Shown here piece by piece: positions 20,060 through 29,373 of a stretch of 64,000 nt of DNA. Numbering within the stretch: the stretch's first letter is position 1; each line of letters begins with the position of its first letter. The DNA comes from a bacterium. GTDB lineage: Bacteria > Arandabacterota > Arandabacteria > Arandabacterales > Arandabacteraceae. The stretch lies in NCBI GenBank assembly GCA_025774845.1, contig JALGZP010000004.1:1975-65974 (forward strand), written 5' to 3'. The notes beneath the pieces were generated by a model. That model searched no databases. It saw nothing but the letters and a program-made list of their open reading frames with translations, and was not told the origin of the DNA. The translations under genes and the position numbers were made by a program.

Positions 20060-20136
20060 TGGCAGGCGTGGCAGGACTTGAACCCGCAACCCCCGGTTTT
20101 GGAGACCGGTGCTCTAGCCAGTTGAGCTACACGCCT
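20060..20136 (-). tRNA. trnW: tRNA-Trp (anticodon CCA), CCA end encoded
   Basis: The minus strand folds as a cloverleaf. Acceptor AGGCGTG/CACGCCT, D stem GCTC/GAGC, anticodon stem CCGGT/ACCGG with loop CTCCAAA, T stem GCGGG/CCTGC with loop TTCAAGT, then discriminator G and CCA. Total 77 nt. Confidence 0.95.
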
Positions 20137-20263
20137 ACTTTTGATCGCGCCCGGCAGACCCGGGTCTGATACTTTATCGTCCGGTGCCAGGCAATCCTGA
20201 AACGCTTAATTGCAGGATCTGACCCCAAGGATGATCTGAGGGAGATTAACAAACGCGGAACAG

Positions 20264-23026
20264 CTAGTCAAGGCTTTTGGCGTGCTTGAGGACTTGCTTT
20301 AAGAGCTTGCCGGTATGGGAGCGCCGGACCTCCGAGATCTGCCTGGGGGTCCCCTCACAAACGATCCTCCCTCCCTTGTCCCCTCCCTCGGGACCGAGGT
20401 CGATCACATGGTCCGCGCACTTGATCACCTCCAGATTATGCTCGATCACAAGCACGGTGTTCCCGTTGTGGACAAGTTTCCGGAGGATCGTGACCAGGTT
20501 CGCAGTGTCATGAAGATGGAGCCCGGTCGTTGGTTCATCGAGTATATAGAGCATCCGCGTGTTATCTCCGCGGCTTATCTCGCGCGCTATCTTGAGCCGC
20601 TGGGCCTCACCACCCGAAAGCGTGGTTGCCGGCTGGCCGAGCCGAATGTACTCGAGACCGACTTCCTCAAGGAGATAAAGCGGCGGCAGGACCTGCGGTT
20701 CATGCCTGAAGTGATCTATAGCCTCTGCTACCGTGAGTTCGAGCACGTCACTTATGGTCTTGCCATTGTATTCGACCTCGAGGACACCCCGCTTGTAGCG
20801 CCTTCCGAAGCACTCCTCACACGGGACGTAAATGTCGGCCATGAAATGCATCTCGATCTTTGTGACACCCTCACCCCCGCACGCCTCGCACCTGCCCTCG
20901 GGCAGGTTAAAGGAGAACGTGGAACGGGTGTAGCCACGGGTCCGCGCATCCTTTGTGGCAGCGAAGACCGATCTTATCGCATCGAAGCCTTTGACATAGG
21001 TGATGGGATTTGACCTCGGTGTTCTTCCGATCGGGGACTGATCAACCAGCACGACATCCCTCACATTCTCTATTCCATCGATGCTGTCATGGTTTCCGAC
21101 CCGCTCGACAGCCGCCGTCCGGGATCTGATCGCGTTATAAAGGATGTCCTCAACAAGTGTGCTTTTTCCCGAACCCGACACCCCTGTTACGCACACAAGA
21201 CTGTAGAGCGGAATCTGAACGTCGATGCCCTTGAGGTTGTGCTCCAAAGCGTTACGGACCGTGATCTGGGCAGCCTGGCGCTGGCTCTGCCGTGTGCCGC
21301 AGTCGATCCGCATATTCCCTGTTAGATACTTCCCCGTTATGGAGCGACGTGCCTTCTTAAGACCGGCGGGTTTGCCTTTGAACAACACACGGCCACCGGC
21401 CGTACCCGCACCCGGACCGAGATCGATCACATGGTCACCCCCAAGTATCACGCGTGGGTCGTGTTCCACAACCACCACGGTGTTACCGTGGGATCTGAGC
21501 TTCTTTAGAACCGCAAGGAGTCTATCAGTGTCACGGGCATGAAGCCCGATAGTCGGTTCATCGAGGACATAGAGTGTGCCCGTAAGACCGGCACCCAGTG
21601 CACTCGACAGGTTTATCCGCTGGGCCTCTCCACCGGAGAGTGTCTTCGACTGGCGATCGAGCGTGAGATAGTCAAGTCCCACGTCAAGCAGATACGTAAG
21701 CCGCGAGTCGATCTCTTTTAGAATGTCCGCAGCAACCGTGCTCTCGGTCTCTCCCAGTTTCAGCCGTTTGAAGAATCTCTTTACCTTGCCGATATCCTTC
21801 GCAGCGAGCTCCGCAATCGTGAGTTTGCCCACTCTTACATTCATGGCCTCGGGCTTAAGCCGGGTACCCCTGCAGCCAGGGCAATCGCTAAGCGACATGT
21901 AACGCTTCGCAAAGAACCTGGCGTAAGCCTTATAGCCCTTCGCCCGCAACCTTTCAAGGAAGCCGATCGCACCCGGGAACCGGCCGTGACCGTGCAGCAC
22001 GAGATCCCTGTCTTCCTGGGAAAGTCTCTTGTACGCCACGTTTGTGGGTACATCCTGGCTCTTGCAGGTTCTTAAGAGCCACTGTTTGAAGTACTGGAAC
22101 TGTGGTCGTGACCATGGCTCCACGGCATCGCCTTCAAGCGTCCTGTCCTTGTTGGGGACGATCAGGTTGACATCAAACTCGAGTTTGTTTCCGAAGCCCT
22201 TGCACTCGGGGCAGGCCCCGTAGGGGCTGTTGAAGGAAAAGAGTAGCGGAGATGGACTCTCGAAAGCCTCGCCGCACTTCGGACACCTGAGCCCGCTGAA
22301 CACCTTATATATCTCGCCCTTCTCACCTATTATGTGTGCCTCCTCTGTCGGACTCATGGCCAGACAGAGCTCGATCGCCTCGGCCACACGCGATCGATTA
22401 GCCGCCTCTACGCTGAGCCTGTCAACAATGACGTCGAGCACTTCACCGCGTGTGAATGCATTCTTATCCAGAGACGCGACCTCCCTAACGTTGCCATCAT
22501 GAAGTACCCGGGCAAAACCCAGGGAAATCAGCTTCGGTTTGATCTCGGCGGGAACCGAAACCTCAAGCGGAAACCCCATCATCACCATCTTCCCCTCTCC
22601 GAGCGAGAAGGCGTAGTCAGTCCCCTGCTGGGTACCACCCCTCGTCACAGGCACGCGGCACTTCCCGCACCGGATCACACCCACCCGGGCGTAGAGAAGA
22701 CGCAGCAGGTCGTATATCTCGGTCGCGGTACCTACAGTCGATCTCGAGGTCTTCGTCGGATTCGCCTGCTGCACGGCAACCGCGGGTTGTAAACCTCTTA
22801 TCTCATCCACATCGGGACGTGACACGCGCTCGAGGAACTGTCTCGCGTAGGTTGAGAGTGACTCCACATAGCGTCGCTGACCTTCCGCGTATATGGTGTC
22901 GAAGGCAAGACTCGACTTTCCGGAGCCACTGACACCGGTAATCACAGTGATACACCTGTGTGGCACCTTGAGGTTGATGTTCTTAAGGTTGTGTTGTCTG
23001 GCACCCTTTATGACTATCTCATTCAA
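20264..23026 (-). CDS. uvrA: Excinuclease ABC subunit A
   Basis: 920 aa. 'KGARQHNLKNINLKVP...ITGVSGSGKSSLAFDTIYAEGQRRYVESLSTYARQFL', a second 'VTGVSGSGKSTL' Walker A, and two 'LSGGEAQR' signatures. TTG start with GAGGCG upstream. Confidence 0.95.
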   Translation of the reverse strand: MNEIVIKGARQHNLKNINLKVPHRCITVITGVSGSGKSSLAFDTIYAEGQRRYVESLSTYARQFLERVSRPDVDEIRGLQPAVAVQQANPTKTSRSTVGTATEIYDLLRLLYARVGVIRCGKCRVPVTRGGTQQGTDYAFSLGEGKMVMMGFPLEVSVPAEIKPKLISLGFARVLHDGNVREVASLDKNAFTRGEVLDVIVDRLSVEAANRSRVAEAIELCLAMSPTEEAHIIGEKGEIYKVFSGLRCPKCGEAFESPSPLLFSFNSPYGACPECKGFGNKLEFDVNLIVPNKDRTLEGDAVEPWSRPQFQYFKQWLLRTCKSQDVPTNVAYKRLSQEDRDLVLHGHGRFPGAIGFLERLRAKGYKAYARFFAKRYMSLSDCPGCRGTRLKPEAMNVRVGKLTIAELAAKDIGKVKRFFKRLKLGETESTVAADILKEIDSRLTYLLDVGLDYLTLDRQSKTLSGGEAQRINLSSALGAGLTGTLYVLDEPTIGLHARDTDRLLAVLKKLRSHGNTVVVVEHDPRVILGGDHVIDLGPGAGTAGGRVLFKGKPAGLKKARRSITGKYLTGNMRIDCGTRQSQRQAAQITVRNALEHNLKGIDVQIPLYSLVCVTGVSGSGKSTLVEDILYNAIRSRTAAVERVGNHDSIDGIENVRDVVLVDQSPIGRTPRSNPITYVKGFDAIRSVFAATKDARTRGYTRSTFSFNLPEGRCEACGGEGVTKIEMHFMADIYVPCEECFGRRYKRGVLEVEYNGKTISDVLELTVAEAIDHFRHEPQVLPPLYLLEEVGLEYIRLGQPATTLSGGEAQRLKIAREISRGDNTRMLYILDEPTTGLHLHDTANLVTILRKLVHNGNTVLVIEHNLEVIKCADHVIDLGPEGGDKGGRIVCEGTPRQISEVRRSHTGKLLKQVLKHAKSLD

Positions 23027-23094
23027 GTTTTCGCCTCAGAATGACCCGTAGTGTTACTTGAGGTGTATTGATTAACACAATGATTTATCATAGA

Positions 23095-24483
23095 TTACCC
23101 AGTCATATATCTCGAGTCAGATTTCTGATCTTCAACCCTTGACTTAGTATAGACAAATAGGGTACAATTGTAGTGGTCAGGCATCTCGCCCTTGTGGTGC
23201 ACTCCTGACGCCCTGAACCGATCGCACTCGTGAGCAAGAAAGAGCTCGCCCCTGGGTTCACACGAGTGAGGAGACACCGTTGGGCACGGGAGCCTGACTT
23301 CTTTTTTTTGTCTGGTTTTCCCCGAGGCCGCGGGCACCCGCTGCAATTCATCGAGCCAGCCTGCACCGGGAACGAGCTTGCGTTTGAACAACCTTCCAAG
23401 ATTGTTTGGATCGCGGGCTTGATGGTACTTCAGAAATATCTCGTCCCCCGCTATCCCCAGTATCTCGACTTTGCCGCTCCTGTGTGACATCACAAAGCGG
23501 AATCGTTTGCTCGGGCCGTCAAGCATGGCCTTGGCCCGCTCGACAATCTGAAGACCCTGCTCGAACGGAAGCTGGAAGCGCCGCTTAACCCTCTTCACGG
23601 GCCGGCACTGGAATACATAGAACGGACTGATCCCGATTCTCACCAGACCCTTGTGGAGTTCCGCGAGCGTCGCGGGATCGTCGTTGACACCCTTGAGCAG
23701 CACCGTCTGGTTCATCAGTCTCACGCCCGCACCGGTCAGTCTCGCAATCGCATCGGTGGACCGGTCGGTGATCTCCCTCGGATGGTTGAATTGAACATCC
23801 ACATAAAGCCGTCGTTGGCGTGGGGAGTATTTCCTCAGCAAGGCCACGAGGTCCCTGTCAGCAAGTATCCGCTCGGGGAATGTCACGGGGGTCTTGGTCC
23901 CGATCCGGATGAAGTTCAAGTGCGGGATGTTTGAGAGCCTTCTTAAGAATCTCTGGAGCACACGTGTGGACAAGATGAAGGGGTCACCCCCGCTTATTAA
24001 CACATTCGTGATCTCACGGTGTTGCTCGATGTACTTCGCAGCATCGGCGAACCTCTGCAGCACCTCCTCGGTCTCCAGACCGACCAGCCGTTTTCTGAAG
24101 CAGTACCTGCAATAGGTCGGGCAGCGATTCGTGACAAGTATCAGCGCTGTCTGGGCATACTTGTGCTGGAGACCCGACAGTTTTGTGCTTTCGAGCTCCC
24201 CGCTCGTATCGTATGATCCCGAGAGATCCAGCTCCTCGACATCCGGAACCACCATACGCTTAAGCGGGTCGAACGGGTCATTCCAATCGATCAGCGACAT
24301 GTAATAGGGAGAGATACGCATGGGATGCTTATCGACGACACTTCTCAGCTGTCGCTCATCCTTTGACGACAGGTCCGTGTGGTAGGGTAGCTGCTCGACC
24401 TCGCAGATACCCTTCTGGAGTTCGTCGCGCCAGTTCAATGCCTTATCCCTCCCTGGCAAACCGTCCCGGCATAGCCCGACCAC
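23095..24483 (-). CDS. KamA-family radical SAM aminomutase (lysine 2,3-aminomutase-like)
   Basis: 'CPTYCRYCFRKR' CxxxCxxC cluster, 'ISPYYMSLID' N-terminal motif and 'LISGGDP'. A roughly 80-aa Cys/His-containing tail follows an A8 run (23302..23309). Confidence 0.8.
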   Translation of the reverse strand: MVGLCRDGLPGRDKALNWRDELQKGICEVEQLPYHTDLSSKDERQLRSVVDKHPMRISPYYMSLIDWNDPFDPLKRMVVPDVEELDLSGSYDTSGELESTKLSGLQHKYAQTALILVTNRCPTYCRYCFRKRLVGLETEEVLQRFADAAKYIEQHREITNVLISGGDPFILSTRVLQRFLRRLSNIPHLNFIRIGTKTPVTFPERILADRDLVALLRKYSPRQRRLYVDVQFNHPREITDRSTDAIARLTGAGVRLMNQTVLLKGVNDDPATLAELHKGLVRIGISPFYVFQCRPVKRVKRRFQLPFEQGLQIVERAKAMLDGPSKRFRFVMSHRSGKVEILGIAGDEIFLKYHQARDPNNLGRLFKRKLVPGAGWLDELQRVPAASGKTRQKKEVRLPCPTVSPHSCEPRGELFLAHECDRFRASGVHHKGEMPDHYNCTLFVYTKSRVEDQKSDSRYMTG

Positions 24484-24590
24484 TTCGCAGCTATCACCGC
24501 GTTACCGCGGTAGGATAGTCTATCATAGTAAGCTAACAGATTTTCACTATCCTTGCAAGTACGCAGAGGCTGCCTATGAGGGGCCCTTAC

Positions 24591-26753
24591 TCAGAGGGGG
24601 ATAGCATCGGCAAGCCGGTCGGCAAGAGATGAGTAGCGCTGATCCGTCCGAACGTTCCGTACGGCGAGGGCAACAGCCTTCTTGGACCCCACAAGCACCA
24701 CAAGGTCCCTCGCCCTGGTGATGGCGGTGTAGAGCAGATTCCGGTAGAGCATTATGTAATGCTGTGTCAGAACCGGCATGACGATGCACGGGAACTCACT
24801 TCCCTGGCTCTTGTGGACCGTTATGGCATAGGCAAGGGTTATCTCATCCAGGTCCGACTTGTCGTATTCGACTTCGAAGTCGTAGCTCACCGTAAGCAGA
24901 CCTTCAGCGAGATCGCAGTCCACCACCCTGCCGATATCGCCGTTAAAGACCATCTTGTCGTAGTTGTTGTGGAGCTGCATCACCTTATCCCCGATCCTGA
25001 ACCTGAGGTCACCGAGGCGTTTGCCGGAAGAGTTGATGGCGTCCTGGAGTTGCTGGTTGAGGTTTGTCGCTCCCGCCTCACCCTTATACATGGGTGAGAG
25101 TACCTGTATATCCATAACCTTGTCGAAGCCGAATTTCTCCGGTAGTCTCCTTGCACAAAGATCGACTATGGCGGCTGCGACCCTCGGCGGACTGTCCTCC
25201 TCGATAAGAAAGAACTCCCCCTCGGTCCGGTTGAAGTCGGGGTATTCACCGTGGTTTATCCGGTGCGCGTTCTCAACTATCGCACCACCCTCGTCCTGCC
25301 TGAATATGCGGGCAAGTCGCTCAACCGGGAGTCGACCGGCCTCGATGAGATTTCTTAAGAAGCTGCCCGGACCCACCGGGGGCAACTGATCGACGTCACC
25401 GACAAATACCACATTGGTGTCGGTCTTTATCGCTTTGAGCAGTGAGGCCGCAAGCAAAATGTCCAGCATGGATGCTTCATCAACGATGACGACATCGGAA
25501 TCGATGGGGTTATCGGAATTCTTCCTGAAGGCTCCCTCACGAGGGCTGAACTCGAGCAGCCTGTGAATCGTCTTTGCCTGTCTCCCTGCTATCTCACTCA
25601 TACGCTTGGCGGCGCGGCCGGTCGGGGCCGCGAGACTGACTCTCCAGCCACGGGCTTCAAAAAGCCGGACGAACGCCTTGACGATCGTGGTTTTACCCGT
25701 CCCAGGCCCTCCGGTTATGACCGTTACCCCGGATTTCAAACCCCGGTCGATCGCCCTGAGCTGCGACTCCTCAAACCGGATGCCCTGCTCCGCCTGGACG
25801 GACTCAAGCACTTCATCGAGAGACTCCGGCTCATCCTGCACGCCACCGTCGAGAATCCGCTCGAGGCTTCTGACTATGGATTTCTCGGCCTCAAGAAGAA
25901 GCGGGAGGTAGACCCTGTCATCCTCACAGACCGCCTCACCGCTGGCGGTAAGTTCCGTGAGCATCTCATCAAACGAGTCCTCCCCGACTCCCAGTATCGA
26001 AACGCATCTGGCCCTGAGAAACTCCATCGGCAGATAAACATGCCCCTCTTCTGAGGCCTGGGCCAGCACATACTTGATTCCCGCGCTGACCCTGACGGGC
26101 GCATCGGGGAGTACACCGAGTTTCGTGGCTATACTATCCGCAGTCGCAAAGCCGATGCCCCAGATCTCCGAGGCAAGCCTGTAGGGGTTCTCGCTTAAGA
26201 CCTCTATCGACTTCGAACCATAGTGGCGATAGATCTTGATTGCGCTGCCCGCACGAACACCGTGCGACTCGAGGAAAACGATCAGCTCGCTGATATCCCT
26301 GTGTTCCTTCCAGGCTTTCTTGATCGCCGCCACGCGTTTCTGTCCGAGCCCCTTTATCTCTCTAAGGCGGTTTGGTTCCGTATCTATGATCTCGATCGTG
26401 CGTTCACCGAACCGTTTGACGATACGTTCGGCCATCGACTCACCGACACCGGGGATAAGTCCTGAAGCAAGATATCTGGCAATACCCTCCGTCGTGGCGG
26501 GCGGGACTACCTCATAGGTCTCCACACCGAACTGTTCGCCGTATTTTGGATGCGAAACCCACCTGCCTTTTAACTTCAGATGATCACCCTGGCCGACGCG
26601 AGCGAAACTACCGACACACGTGATCTCACGGCGGTCACTCTCCAGACGAAACACGGTGTAACCGTCATCGGACCGGTAAGTGATGCGCGCGACATCACCT
26701 TCGATTTCGACCTCTCCCCCGTTGAGGGGAAGGTCTCCTACTTGTCGGACCAT
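24591..26753 (-). CDS. recD2: RecD2-type SF1 ATP-dependent DNA helicase
   Basis: 720 aa. It has an N-terminal OB/HhH region, 'ITGGPGTGKTT' Walker A, 'VIVDEASML' Walker B, 'VGDVDQLPPVG' and 'ITVHKSQGSEF'. Confidence 0.9.
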   Translation of the reverse strand: MVRQVGDLPLNGGEVEIEGDVARITYRSDDGYTVFRLESDRREITCVGSFARVGQGDHLKLKGRWVSHPKYGEQFGVETYEVVPPATTEGIARYLASGLIPGVGESMAERIVKRFGERTIEIIDTEPNRLREIKGLGQKRVAAIKKAWKEHRDISELIVFLESHGVRAGSAIKIYRHYGSKSIEVLSENPYRLASEIWGIGFATADSIATKLGVLPDAPVRVSAGIKYVLAQASEEGHVYLPMEFLRARCVSILGVGEDSFDEMLTELTASGEAVCEDDRVYLPLLLEAEKSIVRSLERILDGGVQDEPESLDEVLESVQAEQGIRFEESQLRAIDRGLKSGVTVITGGPGTGKTTIVKAFVRLFEARGWRVSLAAPTGRAAKRMSEIAGRQAKTIHRLLEFSPREGAFRKNSDNPIDSDVVIVDEASMLDILLAASLLKAIKTDTNVVFVGDVDQLPPVGPGSFLRNLIEAGRLPVERLARIFRQDEGGAIVENAHRINHGEYPDFNRTEGEFFLIEEDSPPRVAAAIVDLCARRLPEKFGFDKVMDIQVLSPMYKGEAGATNLNQQLQDAINSSGKRLGDLRFRIGDKVMQLHNNYDKMVFNGDIGRVVDCDLAEGLLTVSYDFEVEYDKSDLDEITLAYAITVHKSQGSEFPCIVMPVLTQHYIMLYRNLLYTAITRARDLVVLVGSKKAVALAVRNVRTDQRYSSLADRLADAIPL

Positions 26754-27994
26754 AGAGTTCTACCTGCAGTGAAAACATCCACCGGTTGACCGTGCTTGAC
26801 TTCGCGGCTCCCTCCCGGCAGCGACACCAGACAGTCAGCCGCTGCCAGACCAACGACATCCGCAGAGCCGCGTGATCCCACAGGCTCAACCTCTGAATCC
26901 CCTACCCACCGTCCGGGTGTAAACACCCTGATATCGGGTTTCGAGCGATCGGGGCCGACCCACTTCGCAGTGAACGGCATCGGGATCAGTTGCTTCGCAC
27001 CCATCATCGCCATGAGCGTGGGACGGACGATAGTATGAAACAGGACAAGGCACGCCACCGGGTTACCCGGCAGACCTATACATACGCTCCTCTCACGTAG
27101 AGCGAACAACATGTGCCGGCCGGGTTGCATAAGGAGTCCCCTGAAGATCATCTGGGCACCCGCCCTCTCAAGCGCTGCCGGAACCAGATCGTGGCGTCCT
27201 GCCGCCGTACCTCCGGTCAAGATGACCACATCGCAATCCCCACAGGTTTCGATGTGCCGGACTATCTCCGACTCGTCGTCCCGGCTTATACCTGCATCGA
27301 AGACCGGCAGTCCGAGCTCATCTGCCATTGCGAGCAACATGACGGCATTTGAGCTCCGGGTATGTCCCGGCGCGGGATGCGTGCCACTCGGTACGAGCTC
27401 ATCACCGGTTGCGAGAATGCCGACACGGGGCTTCTCGGATGCCTCGATGCGACCGGCGCCAACAGCTGCAAGTAACCCCACAGCGGCAGGCGTTATCACA
27501 CTACCCTCTCTGAGTACAACGTCCATCTTCTGTGCTACCTCGCCGGCCCTCCTTACTGAACTCCACCTGGCGACCGGCCCCGAGATGACAATGGTGTCAT
27601 TCGTCACTTTCATGGCTTCGGATCTGACGACTGCATCGGCCCCGGAAGGCAGGATGGCACCGGTCATCACGTTCGCGCACTCACGGGGCGCGAGCTCGAA
27701 AGATGCAGTCTCGCCGGCCTTGACCGTGCCGCACACCGCCAGCATCACCGGCGCGCCGGCGGAGGCCCGAGCGGTGTCTGATGCCCGGAAGCAGTAGCCG
27801 TCTACAGCCGAGATGTCGGCAGTTGGATAGTCTATATCACTGATGATGTCCTGCCGTAAGACGTTCCCCCGGGAGGATGTGATCTCAATGGATTTCGTAC
27901 CGAGAACGGGCACGTACTGCCGGATTGCAGTCAAGCCATCTTCGAGAGTTACATTATGCTCATTATCGTCCACAACAATGGAAGAAGCTAACAT
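26738..27994 (-). CDS. moeA: Molybdopterin molybdenumtransferase
   Basis: 'ADISAVDGYCFRA', 'ILTGGTAAGRHD' and 'GLPGNPVA'. ATG 27994 fits alignment to MoeA N-termini. The ORF is open to TTG 28087, so the start is uncertain. 16-nt overlap with the recD2 start. Confidence 0.85.
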   Translation of the reverse strand: MLASSIVVDDNEHNVTLEDGLTAIRQYVPVLGTKSIEITSSRGNVLRQDIISDIDYPTADISAVDGYCFRASDTARASAGAPVMLAVCGTVKAGETASFELAPRECANVMTGAILPSGADAVVRSEAMKVTNDTIVISGPVARWSSVRRAGEVAQKMDVVLREGSVITPAAVGLLAAVGAGRIEASEKPRVGILATGDELVPSGTHPAPGHTRSSNAVMLLAMADELGLPVFDAGISRDDESEIVRHIETCGDCDVVILTGGTAAGRHDLVPAALERAGAQMIFRGLLMQPGRHMLFALRERSVCIGLPGNPVACLVLFHTIVRPTLMAMMGAKQLIPMPFTAKWVGPDRSKPDIRVFTPGRWVGDSEVEPVGSRGSADVVGLAAADCLVSLPGGSREVKHGQPVDVFTAGRTLWSDK

Positions 27995-28100
27995 CAGAGA
28001 TATGGGACTGTCAAGCGGGGCAGGCCAGGAACGCTCAGACGTAAAAAAGAGATTGTGCCCTCGTCGCGGGGACAAACGAAGGCACAATCCGGAGAGAAGG

Positions 28101-29042
28101 CTACTGACCTTGCATTAGGACCTTACGCATCCTCCTCTTCTTCATCATCTTTCTCATTTTCTCTATGGCTCTCTTCTCGATCTGTCGAATCCTCTCGCGG
28201 GTTATACCTACCATCTTGCCGGTTTCGGCAAGCGATCGAAGATTGCCATCCTCAAGCCCGAACCGGTAGGAGAGAATTCTCCTTTCCCGTTTGGAAAGCC
28301 TGCCCAGGAGCTCTCCCAGCTTGGTATTATCGATTCGCCGGAAGGCGATGGCATCCGGAGGACTTTCGGATGTATCCGCAAGAATCTCATGGAGCGAGAC
28401 CTCCCCATCGGGAGAACATGGCGAGTCAAGCGAGACCGTCGATGACGCATTGGTAACCTGGGCATACCGTGAGGATGAGACCCCGACCCTGTTACAGACT
28501 TCCTGCTCAGCCGGTTCCTCCCTCCGGTTCTGTAGTAAGGTTTCCTCGGTCGCTCTGACCTTGCGAATGATCTCTATCACATTGGCAGGAAGCCTGACCG
28601 TCCTGCTGTCGGTAGCAAGTGTCTTGGTCACGGCCTGCCTGATCCACTTGGATGCATACGTGCTGAATCTATATCCTTTTTCGTGCTTGAAACGATCGAC
28701 GGCCTTTATCAGGCCCAGATTTCCCTCTCCGATAAGATCGGCCAGTGGAAGACCCATCCCCTGATACCTCCGGGCTATCGAGATAACCAGCCGCAAGTTG
28801 GCCAGCACCATTCTTTCCTTGGCCACCACATCCCCTCTCCGGACCCTCTGGGCCAGGTCCTGCTCTTCTTCTCTCGTCAAGAGCGGGATCCTGCTTATCG
28901 CCTTTAGATACGCGGAGAGGCTCTCACCGGACTTATCCGGCATCCGCACGGGTCGCCGCCGGCGGGGAGAGCTGTGACCCGTCAGGTACTGGCCAAAGGG
29001 CGAATTAGATTCACCCTCATCAATGAGGTCTTGGCGCAACAT
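28101..29042 (-). CDS. Sigma-70-family RNA polymerase sigma factor (alternative, group-2/3-like)
   Basis: Region 1.2 'YLKAISRIPLLTREEE', region 2 'DLIGEGNLGLIKAVDRFKHEKGYRFSTYASKWIRQAV', and region 4 'GITRERIRQIEKRAIEKMRK'. I set the start at ATG 29042 because the longer ORF (29150) would run into the predicted sigma-54 promoter. Confidence 0.85.
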   Translation of the reverse strand: MLRQDLIDEGESNSPFGQYLTGHSSPRRRRPVRMPDKSGESLSAYLKAISRIPLLTREEEQDLAQRVRRGDVVAKERMVLANLRLVISIARRYQGMGLPLADLIGEGNLGLIKAVDRFKHEKGYRFSTYASKWIRQAVTKTLATDSRTVRLPANVIEIIRKVRATEETLLQNRREEPAEQEVCNRVGVSSSRYAQVTNASSTVSLDSPCSPDGEVSLHEILADTSESPPDAIAFRRIDNTKLGELLGRLSKRERRILSYRFGLEDGNLRSLAETGKMVGITRERIRQIEKRAIEKMRKMMKKRRMRKVLMQGQ

Positions 29043-29146
29043 CGCTTCACCCAATCCGTGGGTACATCCAGAAGCTCTCACGCTAACCAACAGATACGTT
29101 GCCTGCTGAGAGACGAGAGGCTTTCCGTACCCGCATCTATGATAGG

Positions 29147-29161
29147 GCAAGTTTCGTGCCG
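29147..29161 (-). promoter_or_regulatory. Sigma-54 (-24/-12) promoter upstream of the sigma factor gene
   Basis: The minus strand reads cGGCACGaaacTTGCc against the consensus TGGCACG-N4-TTGCW. GG and GC are at the canonical spacing. The predicted TSS near 29135 is about 93 nt upstream of ATG 29042. Confidence 0.65.
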
Positions 29162-29274
29162 CAGTGCAGCCAGGCCTCTATATCATATCGCCATTTATCT
29201 GCTTTGAACTCAATCAGATACACGGCCGGCCCAAGACCCTGAGAGTGGACGTCACAGGCGAGGCGGTCGCAGTC

Positions 29275-29291
29275 TGTGAAGCAACTTCACA
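29275..29291. promoter_or_regulatory. Candidate enhancer/UAS palindrome TGTGAAG-N3-CTTCACA
   Basis: Perfect 7-3-7 palindrome centred about 135 bp upstream of the sigma-54 -12 element. A degenerate copy (TCGTGAAG-TTG-GTTTACGA) lies at 29361..29379. Confidence 0.35.
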
Positions 29292-29373
29292 TGTATTTAG
29301 AAGTGCGCCAGAAGCCGCGTAAACAAAGGGTTTTCGGTGAGAAGTTTGGTTACGGCCGGGTCGTGAAGTTGGT

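Noticed and set aside
11610-20136. Possible genomic island at the 3' side of tRNA-Trp: a strand-switched block of exported hydrolases and a trimmed beta-helix gene.
   Set aside because: I found no integrase, transposase or phage genes and no direct repeat of the tRNA 3' end. The only similarity between the flanks (TGACGTGGGATAG at about 11767 versus TGACATGGGATGA at about 20027) is too short to exclude chance.
20137-20263. Short palindromes (CAGACCCGGGTCTG; ATCCTG-N13-CAGGAT) and a CTGACCCC word shared with the 48.1-kb hairpin, between uvrA and tRNA-Trp.
   Set aside because: The stems are only 6 bp, with no U-tract. The shared 8-mer is in a different context and orientation, so I could not support a common element.
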